Shown piece by piece: positions 25,804-38,272 of a stretch of DNA of 64,000 nt. This DNA is from Puccinia triticina. Lineage: Eukaryota. Position 1 is the first letter of the stretch; the number at the start of each line of letters is the position of its first letter. A program made the translations under genes and the position numbers. The DNA lies in contig CP110439.1 in NCBI GenBank assembly GCA_026914245.1, positions 3,410,001-3,474,000 on the forward strand, in the 5' to 3' direction. The notes under the pieces were generated by a model. The model was not told where the DNA came from. It did no database searches and saw only the letters and a list, made by a program, of their open reading frames with translations.

Positions 25804-28800
25804 GGGGGTATAAAATTTTACAAAGTGCATTTTACAGGGTATGTGGCCCTGTAAATTGAATGGAGTGTAAAAATACACATAGGGGGGGGGGGGGGGGGGT
25901 TATGTGTAGTTTCACAAAATACGACCCAAATTTCCCCCATTGCAAAAGGTTTCATTGTAAAAAGGACACTGTTAAACTAAACCTCCAGGTCTCCAAGTGC
26001 AAATTTACAGGCCCCCAAATTCACGAGGTCCCAATTTGTAAAACATCTTCAGTGTGAAACTCCATTCCCACCTCTGCAGCTGCAATTTCACACACACCAA
26101 GCAAAAATCACCTTGCAAAATTCAATTTTTAGCAACACAAAAAATATTTTTGCAAGCTGCAATCACTATTTACAATGGGGGATGGCAAGCGCAAATGAAT
26201 AGAAAGAGATAAAACTTTAAGAAAAATTGAACCACCAGTTGTTAATTCTTGGCAAATCTCTTGCTTTGTCTCTTTTGTGTTGCACCTTCAAGATGTGAAT
26301 TTGGGATTTCAGCTGGATCTTTGAGCTTGTTGGATGATGTGTCTGGAACAAGCTGTGAGAGCCTCAGTTTCAAGGTGGTTGTTCCACGAGCCAAATGCGC
26401 AGGAAACTTGTTGTTGGGTTTGGAAGTTGAGATCGCTGCCATCTTGGAAGCAGAAAAAGTGTCAGATTTGTTCTTCATGTCTTTAAAGCTTGAAGAATTG
26501 GAGTCCAATGGTTCATCTCCACTTGACTCCGATGATTTGTCTCCGCTTGAGTCCAATGATTTGTCTCCACTTGACTCTGACAATTGGTCTCCACTATCTT
26601 TTTTTTTTGATCCAGGTTGTCAGTTGACTCTTCATCAGAGTCGCTAGCACCCAAGTCGTCAAAATCAGTAACAAAGTTGCCCTCATCAAGAACAGTTGCC
26701 CCTTTAGCCAATGGAGGATGATGTTGTGAATTGATCATGCTGGCTAAATGGACAAAGGGTATGTCCCCTTTGGCGTTTGGGCGGTCCTTGCTGATCTTTG
26801 CAATTGAATCCTTGACAAACTCTTCCTCACAAGCGGTCCAGGCACGCGTGTAAAACAGCCAACTTGTGAAGGGATGACACTCTCCAATGGATGAGATGTT
26901 GGTATTCACAAGTTGGGCATATCCGTTGTTTTGCTGGTCATCGTGCAACCATACACCTGTGGTGCTGCCACGTCCGCTCTGTATGACTTTACACCAATAG
27001 TTGGAGCTGTTCCAGTATCCCCAAGAGAAAAGTGAGAAATTCACACCAGAAATGGAGATCTGGTGCGGCCAATCCATTGCACCCATGTATTGCTCACGCT
27101 TGATTGGGTCGGAGGGCTGAGTAACTTCCATGAAGAAGTACAGATGCTGAGGAGGAAGATCGTCTTTGAATGCAAGACGAGAGGTCTCCTGGACGTACTC
27201 AGCAGTCAAGCTCGAGTCATTGGGCTGTTCTGTCAATATTGTTATGTCAGGGGATTGGTTCTTGACCTTCTTTGGGCGGCCTCTGGCCTTGGGCTTTGGC
27301 TCAGTTGATGCATTGATTGAATTGCATCGGCATACAAGTCCAGTAGTTTTGGAGATACCGGTGGTTGTCCACAAGTTGAGAAGGCATGTAACATCAGAAG
27401 GAGTGATTCCATTCTCAAGGAAATTCTTCAGTTTGGTCTTGATGGGTGTTAATGATTGGATTTGAGCAGCCAGACAAGGTTGAGCAGATTTGCAAACAAA
27501 GCTCCAATGCTCAACGACTTCAAACAAGCCGGTGAGCGCCTTGGTTGGATTTTTATTCGGATCCAAGAGCAGCTCCAGAAAGAAATCACAGGAAGCAAAG
27601 GCACCCAGCACAAACCTTGCTTGGTGCCTCTCATTGCACATATTGAACAACTTGGTCTGTGCGTTGGTCAAGACCGTTCGGATCCGTCTGATTTTGGTTA
27701 GATTGATGGTCGTCTAGGATCCGAAATGCATTACCAGATGGTAAAAAAGGGTTGCCACTTTGCCTTTGCTGTTCCGAAGCCACAAGGGGTTATACAAGGC
27801 AAAGAGTGATTCCAAAGCAGCCAACATCCAGCATTGATTCTTCAGATGTTCCTTGGGTGAAGCGGTGTATGATGGGTAAGTCAACCACTTGCTTCGGTCA
27901 ACATTGAGTGAATTTTTTGGGCGGCTGGCATTCTTCTTCTTGGTGGAAGGTTCAGGACCGTCCAAAAGCCCAGCTGTAGTATCAGGTGGTTGGCCGTTGT
28001 TGATGAATTTGCGTTTGGTTGGCTTGGCCCAGCCCATTGAATGCAAGATGTTGACTTGCATCTTTGTCTGAGATCCATACTCCACCAATACACCACACAT
28101 GACCGCGTTAAACTCCTCCTCCAGCACAGAGATGAACCCAAATAGCTCAACCATTCCCACCATAAGACATTTCTTCCCCAAGCTTCAAGAAAAAGGCAAT
28201 CAAATCAGCAATGAGATGGAAAAAAGTACAATAAACAGTCTTGCCTGACCTTATCATGTAGTAAACCCAATGCATGCTTTCGATTGTGTTGGTTGTATCC
28301 GGGAGTCCGTCCTTGCCATCAGGATGATCATCTAACATTGTTCGGCAAGATGGGAAAAGCATTGATTGGATGTCCGACATAGTCCACCAGTCGAGCCAGT
28401 GCTTCGTCTTTGGAAATAGGCGGCATAACTCGTCAATCTTTTCCTTGTGAGTAAGACCACCTTCTTCGATTGGATCAAGGAGAGCCATGCACTTTTTCTG
28501 GAAGTTGGCCTAAGAGAAAATATTCAGATCAGATGTTGCAAGAGACAATCAATAAACATGGAACTCACATCTTGATCGGCCAAGAGGATTGAGCGATTGC
28601 GCTTAACCCTTGTCACCTGAGCCCAAAAATGCTGGTGACATCCTTTGATCATTTTAGCCGCTCTCATTGGGTCTGTACATGCAAAAATGTCCATGTATGC
28701 GGCCTTGAAACCTTCTGTTTGCGCAAGGGAAAAGTCAACCACCTGTCTAACCATCAGATCGCGCTCCGCCGGTGTGATATCAGTCCAAACAAACTGCCTC

Positions 28801-30642
28801 AAGAGGGCCGGGAAGTGCAGCTTGTAGTAATTAATGCTCAGGCCTCGAATCCAAGAAAGCTGGACAGGGATCCACCTTGCTATTTGCTTGCAGAACATTG
28901 AGGTGGTAAGCAAATAGCCGTTCTCAAAAAATTGATACGTAACATCAGAGATCAGGCCATCCTGGTACACTTTGTTGTTTTCATCTTGGGCCAATAGTTG
29001 TTTGGCCATCCATTTGGTCTGGAATGTGAAATGTTTGGAGTCTGTCTGAAAGCCTGAGGAGATAACAAGCAGTCCGTGCCTGAGGGAATTCAAGTTTCAG
29101 TTAGCAGAACCAGTTAGATCAAAGTAAATCAGGTGTACGCATTCCATTGGAATAAGTCAATCAAGAACTTGTCTCCAACACCCGCGCCTAGCTTGTCGGG
29201 GACAATATTGAGCTCTTGTAGCATAAGCCGGCGGTAGTAAGGCAAACGATTGGTGTTAACAAGTGAACCATGAATTTCTGTCACGCTTGCAATGGAATCA
29301 TCAAGGGTACTTGGTTGACCCATCTGGACAGCAAATCAAATTAACCATCTTGTACAAAAAATTGATAAATGAGTGAGACCAACCCTCAATTTTAAGGCAC
29401 CAGCCGATGGGTTCTTCCCAATCTCAGCTTTGAGAGCATCGCGCGCGAGTGGGTCAGGCTTTTTGGATTCGGGCCAGGGGTGATCATGTAGGCCTTGGTG
29501 TCGGAGCAAAGCCCAGCCGGAGGGGAAGTGGAAGTCGAATTGGAGTGCTGTTCCCTCACAAGCCACCCAGAGAACTTTCCCAGGACATTGGCCAGCAGCT
29601 CCTGGACATCTTGGCACACTAGCAGTATTCACAGGCATAAATGAATGATCAGAAAGGGTTTTGTGGAAACTTCAAAGCTCTGGAAGACTCACCGCTCGAG
29701 GTACTCTTGGATGCCTCCTCTTCCGGTTGGGGGGGATCCAACCCACTGACAGGTGTCCATGTTGCAAACCAGAGCACCGAGGCAATACACCCGCTGGATT
29801 TTCCAGATGCCTTTACTGCGCTTCTCCACTCCGGTGGTTTTGGTAAATCCCACTGACCAAAAGTTGACCACAGTCTTGTCGGCTGCCTTGACAAAGATGG
29901 TTGCACCATTTGGATATATGGGATAGTTCTGTCGGTCCAGTGTGCATCCGTGATCAATGAATGTATGGAAGGACTAGAAGTCAATAGGCAACTCCCACTT
30001 CACAGTAATATTGGGTGGGTCTGGTGCTGGGGGGTTTGATGGAGGGGAAGACATTAGGAATGGATTGTCAAAAAAGGAGGAGGGATAGACGGAATGGTGA
30101 GTTGTGGTTCTCCACCAAGCAAGTGGAGGGGGGAATAGCTGTCTTTGAGGGGAGGAGGCTGAGAACCTGTCTTGAGACTGGCTGAAGGACGAATGCATCT
30201 CTGCCAATGGTCTCCTCATCTAGCCTCATCTAGATACACACGGTATGATGCCAAACACGTGATAGGAGGATATGTACTTTGCCAATTGGGAAATACTGTG
30301 CTTGTATTTCTGTCTTACACAAGATGATACTGTACTATTGCAAGCTCTGTAACCAAATATCTGGCTGTATAATAGTAAAAATCAACATAGCCTCCCCCAA
30401 TCCGGAAAATTGAGTGGTGCAGCGGCCTGCGCTGTAAAAATGGTGCTGTAAATGTATATTTCACCGCTTGAGGGTGGCTTTATACACTGCACATTTTGCA
30501 TGGCCTGTCTTTGCAAGGGGGGAAATCTGGTTGAAAATTTGTAAAATTACACATAACCCCCCGTAAAATACATTTTTACGCAGCACTGCTTTTACAGGGC
30601 CTTGTACCCCGTAAAATGCACTTTGTAAAATTCACTTACCCC
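25804..30642. mobile_element. Mutator-like element (MULE), ~4.8 kb
   Basis: ~120-bp imperfect TIRs (GGGGTA..AATTTTACAAAGTGCATTTTAC..GGCCCTGTAAA..GGGGTTATGTGTA); 9-bp TSD TTTCTTTAG at 25795-25803 and 30643-30651. Confidence 0.9.
26242..30054 (-). pseudogene. Spliced MULE transposase: GCM-like Zn domain, DDE core and C-terminal USP-like peptidase region (stops/frameshifts present)
   Basis: YCLGALVC and GLHDHPWPE (GCM-like); LISDVT, VVDFS, GCHQHF (CxxH), DTTNTIESMH (DDE); NQCWMLAALESL and YWCKV..GVWLHDD (Cys/His-box-like). Confidence 0.78.
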
Positions 30643-30908
30643 TTTCTTTAGAATCCTTACCTTGTATTACCAACTTCAGTAACAGATGTTGATCAGTAAC
30701 TCAATTTTTTTCAAACTTCAAGCTACTATTTTCAGCTGAGGACAAAAATGTAAGTCAGGTACTTTATGCTTTTTTTGAATACAATCTTTATAGTGCCTGT
30801 TTTATATTATTCCAGAGTGTGGCAAAAAACACAAGAAAAGGCCTACATGAATACTTATTCAAATAATGTTGCCCCCTTGAATAAAGAATCTTAACACTCA
30901 CATACTAT

Positions 30909-31186
30909 GAGCATCTCCAACGGTCCGGGGGTGGATTGGCTTGACTTGCAGCCTGTGAGTGGATGTCTCAAGCCGTCACTAATGTCACACAGCAGTCCAT
31001 ATTACAGACTGTTGATTTGGGCGGGGGTGGATCCCACACTGCCAAAGAAAGCAGCCAACGGCAGCTTTGATTGACAGCCGGTCATTTTGGCAGCTCTCTC
31101 AGCAGCTCTGCTGGAGGCCGTAAACAACCTCTGGCCCACAAAAGTTTGACTCAGGACGGGCAACAGCGGCTCCTTTGGAGATGCTC
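30909..31186. mobile_element. PIF/Harbinger-type MITE
   Basis: GAGCATCTCCAA ... TTGGAGATGCTC; flanks TAT/TAA. Confidence 0.7.
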
Positions 31187-33847
31187 TAAGAAGCACATTG
31201 ATTATGGATAATCCAGTCTTGAAGGTGTAGATTTAGGGCAGATCTCCATGAAAAATTATTGATAGCTCAAGGGTAAAAAGGGCTGGAAAATGTAAAGAAA
31301 TAGATAGATGTGAATGTATGGGCATATATACCAATTCACAAGGTCAATTCCAGTTGGATTCTCAATTTCTGAAAAGGGCAGCGCCAGTAGGAACCAGAAG
31401 CCCTTTGAAGTTGACAGTGAGTACAAGGCGCTGTTAGCTAGTAAGAGAAGCGTTGGGAGGAGACAATGGCAGGGATGGGGGAAGTGGCAGAGGGTGAACG
31501 GGTGAGCAGCAAGGCGGCGGACTTGGAGGACGCGGAGATGACAAGCTTGTGAATGGTGCGCTTCACCCAGTGATTGCCACACTTGAACATCCAGTCTTTG
31601 GCCTGGAACACCATTGCTTCTTCCTCACGCGGAGCTCATTACGCCCGGGGGTTGTGTTTGAAGGAGATTCAAAGGCTGCAATGTGGCAGACTGACCACTT
31701 GGAAGGGCAGCCCTGGTTGGAATGATCAATCATCTCCTTGCGGCACTTCATTGCCCACGTACTTGATCAGTATCACTTTGATTGCTGTTGTTTTTTTTGC
31801 CGCAGAGGTCATCAGAGAAAAATTTGGCTTCTACAGCCATGCCAACCTGTGAAGGATTCAAGGCCAATGGGATATTGCTCAGCATTGAAAGAAAAGCAGG
31901 ATTCAATTGAGGAAGAGGATGATGAATATTTCTATCTCGCCTCTGACCAACTCACAGAGGATCTGACTGTCCACAGCCCGCCCACCAAGCCAGCCTCCGC
32001 GCGCATGCAAATCACCAATTAAACTCCTGCTGCAGGTCAGGGCCCCACCCTTCTTCTTAGGAACCCCACCGTTTCTCCTCGACGAATCTCTGATCATCTA
32101 GAAAGATTGGGGTTGTTTTAGTTGAACACACCAGAAGAAGTGATACCAGTCAGCTACAGATGATGAGGGAGAAGCAAAAGAATTAGCAGCAATACATCTG
32201 ATGAATTGTTGTGATGATTGTTTGCAAGAAGGACAAATGGATGGAGAAGGATGATGCACCATTAGGGACATTTTTCTGAAGATTTGAAGGTTGGACGGGC
32301 GGGTGGGAGATTGAGCCAAAGGCCGGCCGGGGTGAAGAGTTGACAGAGGCAGTTGAGCTAAGGGGGCCGTATGCTGCAAGGATGGATCAAGGACCAATGG
32401 TTAGTTGTTTCTGAAGAATAATTTCTGTAGATATTGAGAGATCAAGGGTGGTACTTACTGGACAGCAGAAGATCTGGAACCCATTCCAGGATGGTGATGA
32501 GTTTGTGGAGGAGATCTGATCAGAGGATTTTTGAGTGAGATATGTAAGGTGTCAAAAGAAAAATAACGCAGGATGGGAGTGTAGACAAAGAGAAGGAGGA
32601 AGAAGGAAGGCACTGAAAAAGGAGGTGAGGCAAGCAGCAAAGGGAAAACCCAAAATCGGGGTCATTTGACTGGCCCGTACTTGATTTGTACGCCAAGGGC
32701 CTCCTTGGGAAGTTTGACAAACTCAACAAGGATGGTCTCATCAAAGGAGAGGTTGAATTTGCGTGTAGTCCTTGTGATCCTCCACAAGTCGGGTGACAAG
32801 GGATCCGCAGCCAAGCGCAAAGAATTTGGCGTTGAGTTTGTCCAAAAGCTTCCAGAGGTCCTGGGAGCCGTAGGCCCGTTGATGGTAGCCCGACGCACGC
32901 TTTGAGCTCTGGCTCATCCTTGAGGGATGGCTTGGCTGGGAGGTATGCAAGGACTGATGGTGGCTGTCCTGCTGAGGTGGGAATTGCACAGGCCATTTGA
33001 ACCCATTGAGAGACGCAAGATCGACTTGAGGAAGTAATGGAGTCCACTACTCTGAGCACTCAGAAAGCTGCTGGAGCTGCCGCGTGGTCTGGCGGGGATG
33101 TGGTTGCTGTGGTTGGTTTTGACCTGCTGGAAACGGAGCTTGGTCTTTGCAGCTGGGAGTAAGAGATTGAGGGCAAGCAAGATATTCAATTGGAGGTGGG
33201 TGATGTGGAGAAAATGACTACTTAAAGGCTTCTAATAACAATCATCTGGAGTTAGCAATTGGTATGAACGTGGGACAGGGAGAGGTGAAGGATTTGAGCT
33301 TACAGACGCAAAAAATGGATCAATAACCAAGAACTGACACAAGGGTCTTGTTGACAACGCCTTGCCGGTCCAGGCACCGCCGCGGAGGTCAGAGTTACAT
33401 GCAGGGGCGTGGTGGTGGTGGTGTGGTAGTCATGGCTTGATGAATGCAGCAGTCAATTTTGCTGAGGGCAATTCCTGATTGTCTATAAAAGAGGACTTTG
33501 GCTTGTGTGTTTGTGTCCCCCAGGGCATCCTCTGCTGCTGCAATTCCAGCATGCAGTTTGCCCTCACCCCTCCGCTGTTGCACTTGCGCAGTTTGAGGGG
33601 CTAAACTTGTTGGCCCCCCTTTGCATAATACCTTCAATGCGGCGCACTGGGGGCCATCCACCCACTATTTTAAACCCTGGGGATGGATAGTGGGTCTAGT
33701 TTGTGGTGTTTAGATTTTTTGCTAAGAACACTTTTTTTGTGATTTGTTTTTTCATAGAAGGGGGAACCCTTGCATTTTTTTTTTTGTAATTTTGTTAATT
33801 TGTAGGGGGAACCCTTGATCTTTCTTTCTGTGTTTCTCTGTCTTTAA

Positions 33848-33995
33848 TGGAGGACTTCCCGCCAATCTGGAAACCCAGATTTTCCCAGATTTCGCAGGGA
33901 AATCTAGGCAGATCTAGGATTTGGGAAGATTGAGCCCAGATTTCCCCGCAAAATCTGGAAAAATCTGGGTTCCCAGATTGACAGGAAGTCCTCCA
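33848..33995. mobile_element. Small foldback MITE near the Helitron 5' end
   Basis: TGGAGGACTTCC..CAATCTGGAAACCCAGATTTT / AAAATCTGGGTTCCCAGATTG..GGAAGTCCTCCA. Confidence 0.72.
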
Positions 33996-33999
33996 ATAA

Positions 34000-34212
34000 G
34001 GGGTTTCAAAGTTGGCCAGATCCAACTTGCATGCACTTTTGCAAGTAAGTTCATTCTTGAACACTGAGTTGCAAAAGTGCATGCAAGTCACATTGTACTA
34101 CACCCCCCAAACCTGCTTGAAGGTTTTTTTGAATGTTGGTGCTGAGGAATATCCTTGAAAACCAACTTGCAACAGTACATGCAAGTCATGCATGGCCAAC
34201 TTTGAATCCCCC
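34000..34212. mobile_element. MITE near the Helitron 5' end
   Basis: GGGGTTTCAAAGTTGGCCA / TGGCCAACTTTGAATCCCC; TAA/TTA flanks. Confidence 0.7.
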
Positions 34213-34510
34213 TTAAAATTGGATGATTTTATGCAAGTCAACTTTGAACACCCTATGGTTTTATCAACTGCCGAAGAAAGTTTGCATCTTCACAGAAACC
34301 AACTTCCAAGAAAACCAAATTATCGATACATACTCTAATCCGAACCACACAAAAAGCTGTTTCCATGAGGTTTCAACGCTCCCATAAACCTCAACCCGAC
34401 CTCCCTGGAACCATCCGATCCTGAGACGGAATACGACTTTTTCATCACGCTGGTTCACCCAAGGGCCGACACCTTCCTCAACTGAAGAAAGAAGACACTC
34501 GGTTCATACG

Positions 34511-36671
34511 ATGAGTTTCGAATTCAAGTGGCCCAAGTTCTCGCCTTCGTTCTATGACCATGCAAAGAACCTACTGTCTACCGTCAGTTCATAATAGTCT
34601 CCCGGACGAAGAAAAAATAAACTTATCACATCGCCATCGATTCGGTTTGGGTGCTGATTCCTACCTTCCTTTGATTGTATGTCTAGGCTCTGAACAAGGG
34701 TGACAAGCCCGCCATCATTGCTGATCGAATTGAAGTCAATCAACTTGATATGGGAACAATTGTTGAGTTTCACTGTCACTTTTTTCCTTTTCTTGCATCT
34801 ATTTGAATTATCCCCAGCAGGCTGATACTGATACTTGATTTTTAATTTTCCTCCACAGCCACCCGACCTCGAAATCCTGGAAATCGGAGACCTTGGCCGT
34901 GATAGGTTTAGAGGCATCTTCAGAATGACGTATGCCGGTGATGCGTCTATTCGCCTGCAAACTAAAGTCCAAGTCCGCATGCCTTACCTCGAATCAATCC
35001 GGATGCAGCTCTCTTGGGATTTTCTTAAATTTAAAGTACATTCTCTAACTCTTGTCTTTGTCATCTTCTTTATCTCTGAAACAGGTGAACCCATTGCGTC
35101 AAAGGACACCCACTGCTACCTCAGATATCCTGACCACACCTCCAATCTTGTTCGCGTCGACACCCCTAATAGTCCCGATGTCATTAAGTTTATCAAGTCT
35201 GAAACTCAGGGCAATCGTAGTACTCGTCATCTCTCGCTTAGAAGGCGTCACATTGGTCTTCAAGAACGATCCTCTCGAAAGTGTTCAAGTCTCATCATCA
35301 TTCGATTCTCTGGCGGCAATCCAGACGTTTTTACAGTCTGAGATTGAGCGACAATTGAGGGACCTCTTCAGGACTGAACTACCTAGCATCATTCATCAAC
35401 TCAGTCGAAGATGGCTGGGACGGGACAATCCGGATGGACGATTCCAAAACCGGATCGAACTACCTTCACCGTCGGCCCCTGCAACACCTACTCCCGCTCT
35501 ACCGACGACTCAATCGACTGGCGATTCTAATGGAATCTTATCTGTGCCGGACGAAATCGAATGTTACGATCCCACGTATGGGCTGCGGCCTTCTCATCCA
35601 CCATTGGTCGGCTACTTTACCAATTACCGCTCGCTCATCAAACAGAAAAACCGGAAGCTAGGGCTAGGGGCTGTTCTAAGCCATACCGATGACGAAGAAG
35701 ATCAAAACAAGGAGGATGCAACCCCATCCGATGTCTCGTCATCAACCCTTTTTTCGCCCCATAGTCCCACACCATCTCCTCAGCAGAAGCAAAGGAAGCC
35801 AACCGAGAATCGGACCAAAAAGCCGATGATTAAACCCAAGATCTTCCATTCCCATTCTGCTGGCATTGTGAATTCGGCGCTCTCATCCTCTGGACTATCG
35901 TCGCGTAATGGACAAGAAGGAACCCGTAGCTCATTCAAAGTCTTGGATTCCAGACCAAGGATGAAGTTGGATGATCTTGAAGAGGCCCGAGCTGAAGAGG
36001 AACAGCTCGAAGAAGGAGAAGTCTTGCGAAGCCGGCGCTTAGAGCGGTTATCCATGCAGAGCCATGCCGCCAGCTCAAGTGGACTAGCTGCCAGGATGAT
36101 GTCAATCAGAGAGACAGTTCAGACGAAGCGACCCGAACAGATCAGAACGACCACCAGTCCTATCAGTGCTTTTCGCACCCAGCCCCTCCCTCGACCTACC
36201 TCTTCAGTTTTTCCATCCACTCAACGCTCCAGTACGACTTGCTTGCCCGCCTATGCATCCAACTGTGGTACGCCGGTGCGCTCCCATGCCCATCCGTCTA
36301 TCTTCCTTGGCTCTCGCTCAACCAGTCCGACGGCCGGGGAAGAAGACAAGTTTGATAAAGAGGACGAAGAAAGCGAAGCAGAAGGATCACAATGTGCATT
36401 ACTGGCCAGTCTTGTCCGAGGTAATTGGACTCTCAGTCCCTTTTCACGCTCGATCTCCCACTTCGCTGCCCGGAGTACACCTCTTCGGCGTTCATCCCCC
36501 TCTTCCGCTATTTCTTCTCCCACTCGCGTGGGTCATCAAAACGGCATACATTCCTTTTATTCAAGAGATCCCGTCGATCTAGACCAGCTTCATCTTCGTA
36601 CTTCATGGAACGATATACATACTGATGGCTTCAAGCAAAAACGAGTGACTAAAATCAATAAAAAAAATTAA
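34511..36671 (+). CDS. MDM34: ERMES complex subunit Mdm34 (SMP domain plus low-complexity tail), 4 exons
   Basis: Spliced [122 protein letters not shown]; stop TAA 36669-36671. Confidence 0.95.
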
Positions 36672-37552
36672 GGTGTATCTCCAAAAGTTTTGTTTTAATT
36701 CATTGTATCATGCCCGCCTGCTCACCCATTATGGCCTGTTGTTGTCAATCAATCATTTTTCCTTATTTATTTCGCTCTTTCCTTCACAATGATATCAAGA
36801 CTCGTTATTCGACCGATTCCCCTCTTTAATCACACATCTACAGAGGATTTGTTCACGCTACACAAACAGATTTTTTCCGTTTACCTAGTTCATATCAACA
36901 CTCATAGACTAACATATTATGGTTCTTTTTTTTGGGTGCAGTTCATTTCATTTCATTTTGTTTCATATTTAAATACATGGTTTATTAATCCTGGAATCAA
37001 TTACAATCTTATCAGGACCCTGGAAACCCCCTAAGGTGGGTAACCAAAATGCACAGTTTTTTTGGCTAAAACCAAAAAGGGTACTCACCAAATGGTCTTT
37101 TTCTGCCTAAGGATACTCACCAAATGACCTTTTTTTGCCTAAGGGTTATGTCCTTTGTTTTTCTTATGAGGAAGGGGGATTAAAATTGTAACCATCCATT
37201 TCACCTAGGCACTTCTTGTGGGATTTGTGTAAGGAGTGCGCCGCAGCACCCTCCCTAGGTGAGTGTGAAGTGTGAGCTTCTCCAATCACCTAAGTATGGG
37301 TGGAAAAGGCAAAGTGAAGCCTTTGCCATAGGAAGAAGAAAAAGCTGTGAAAATGTGATTTTTGATATGGTTTGGAAAGAAAACACCCATAACCAAAATG
37401 ACCAGTTCCTAGGTTTTCAGATTTGTACATTTGGAATATCCAACTTAACTGTCAATAGACTACAGGTGACATCAGCCCAAGTCCAATGATCTACCCACCA
37501 GTTGCACAGTTGGCCACGTGGACAGCCCCCTGTAGGAAACAAAAGGACCATT

Positions 37553-37779
37553 CACTGCAAAAATAACTTGGTCAACTGCTTGCAGTTGACATGCAGGATA
37601 CTCAAGCCAAGCTGCCATTGTAACTCCACATGAATGCAGAAGTGCCTTTGTTGGCACAGTGACTGTGCATTGAAGCTTGGGTTAAGTCAAACCTTGAGTA
37701 AGGCTGGTGTAACACCACAAGCTTCCTCAGAGTTTCCGCATGTCAACTGCTCACAGTTGACACATTTTTTTTTGCAGTG
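37553..37779. mobile_element. CACTG-terminus (CMC/EnSpm-like) MITE
   Basis: ATT|CACTGCAAAAA ... TTTTTGCAGTG|ATT. Confidence 0.75.
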
Positions 37780-38272
37780 ATTGTAGCCTAGTGGTGGTAG
37801 CAATGGTGAAACTGATACTTTACAAGTATCAGTATTAGGGGGTATCAAATATAACCAAATCCACCATTACCTAATTGACGGGTCTCACCAAATCCTTAAT
37901 TGCAAATGCCAAAAAACCTTATTTTTTGCCCAGGGTGTGTCAAATATAAGAAAAAAAATACCTGTTCCAAAAAGCGTACATCCCCCTATTTGATTTTTGA
38001 AGTTTGTGCACCCAAATTTTCCCCGGCCAAAATCATCCACACACCAACCTCAACACACAACAACCTCAACCACCCCTACACAAATTTCTTCTGTTCAAGG
38101 TATGTTTCACCTCCACTTCCATCAAATTATACTTATAGTTCAATCTCAAAGAAAAAACAAGAACTGGCCATACAACAGAGTTGGTTACTTGCAGCTCAAT
38201 CTCATTTGCGATATTGATTATCCGCACTTCATCAACCTGCTTCAGAATATGGGGGTTGGGCTTTCTGTGGAC

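Larger units (their letters stand above)
25329..34223 (-). mobile_element. Non-autonomous Helitron, copy 3 (hosts a MULE and several MITEs)
   Basis: Minus strand A|TCCAATTTTA ... GCAGTGGTGCAGCCACCTTGGCCTCTAG|T; inserted between A and T with no TSD; empty site at ~6267. Confidence 0.9.
25163..34253. mobile_element. Copy of the 6102-6297 MITE split into 25163-25328 and 34224-34253 by Helitron copy 3
   Basis: ..TTATGGTGTTA (25328) joins TGATTTTATGCAAGTCAACTTTGAACACCC (34224) exactly as in the intact copy. Confidence 0.88.

Noticed and set aside
25880..25900. Poly-G / G-quadruplex signal
   Set aside because: Homopolymer expansion within the MULE TIR (six G in the other TIR); no evidence of function.
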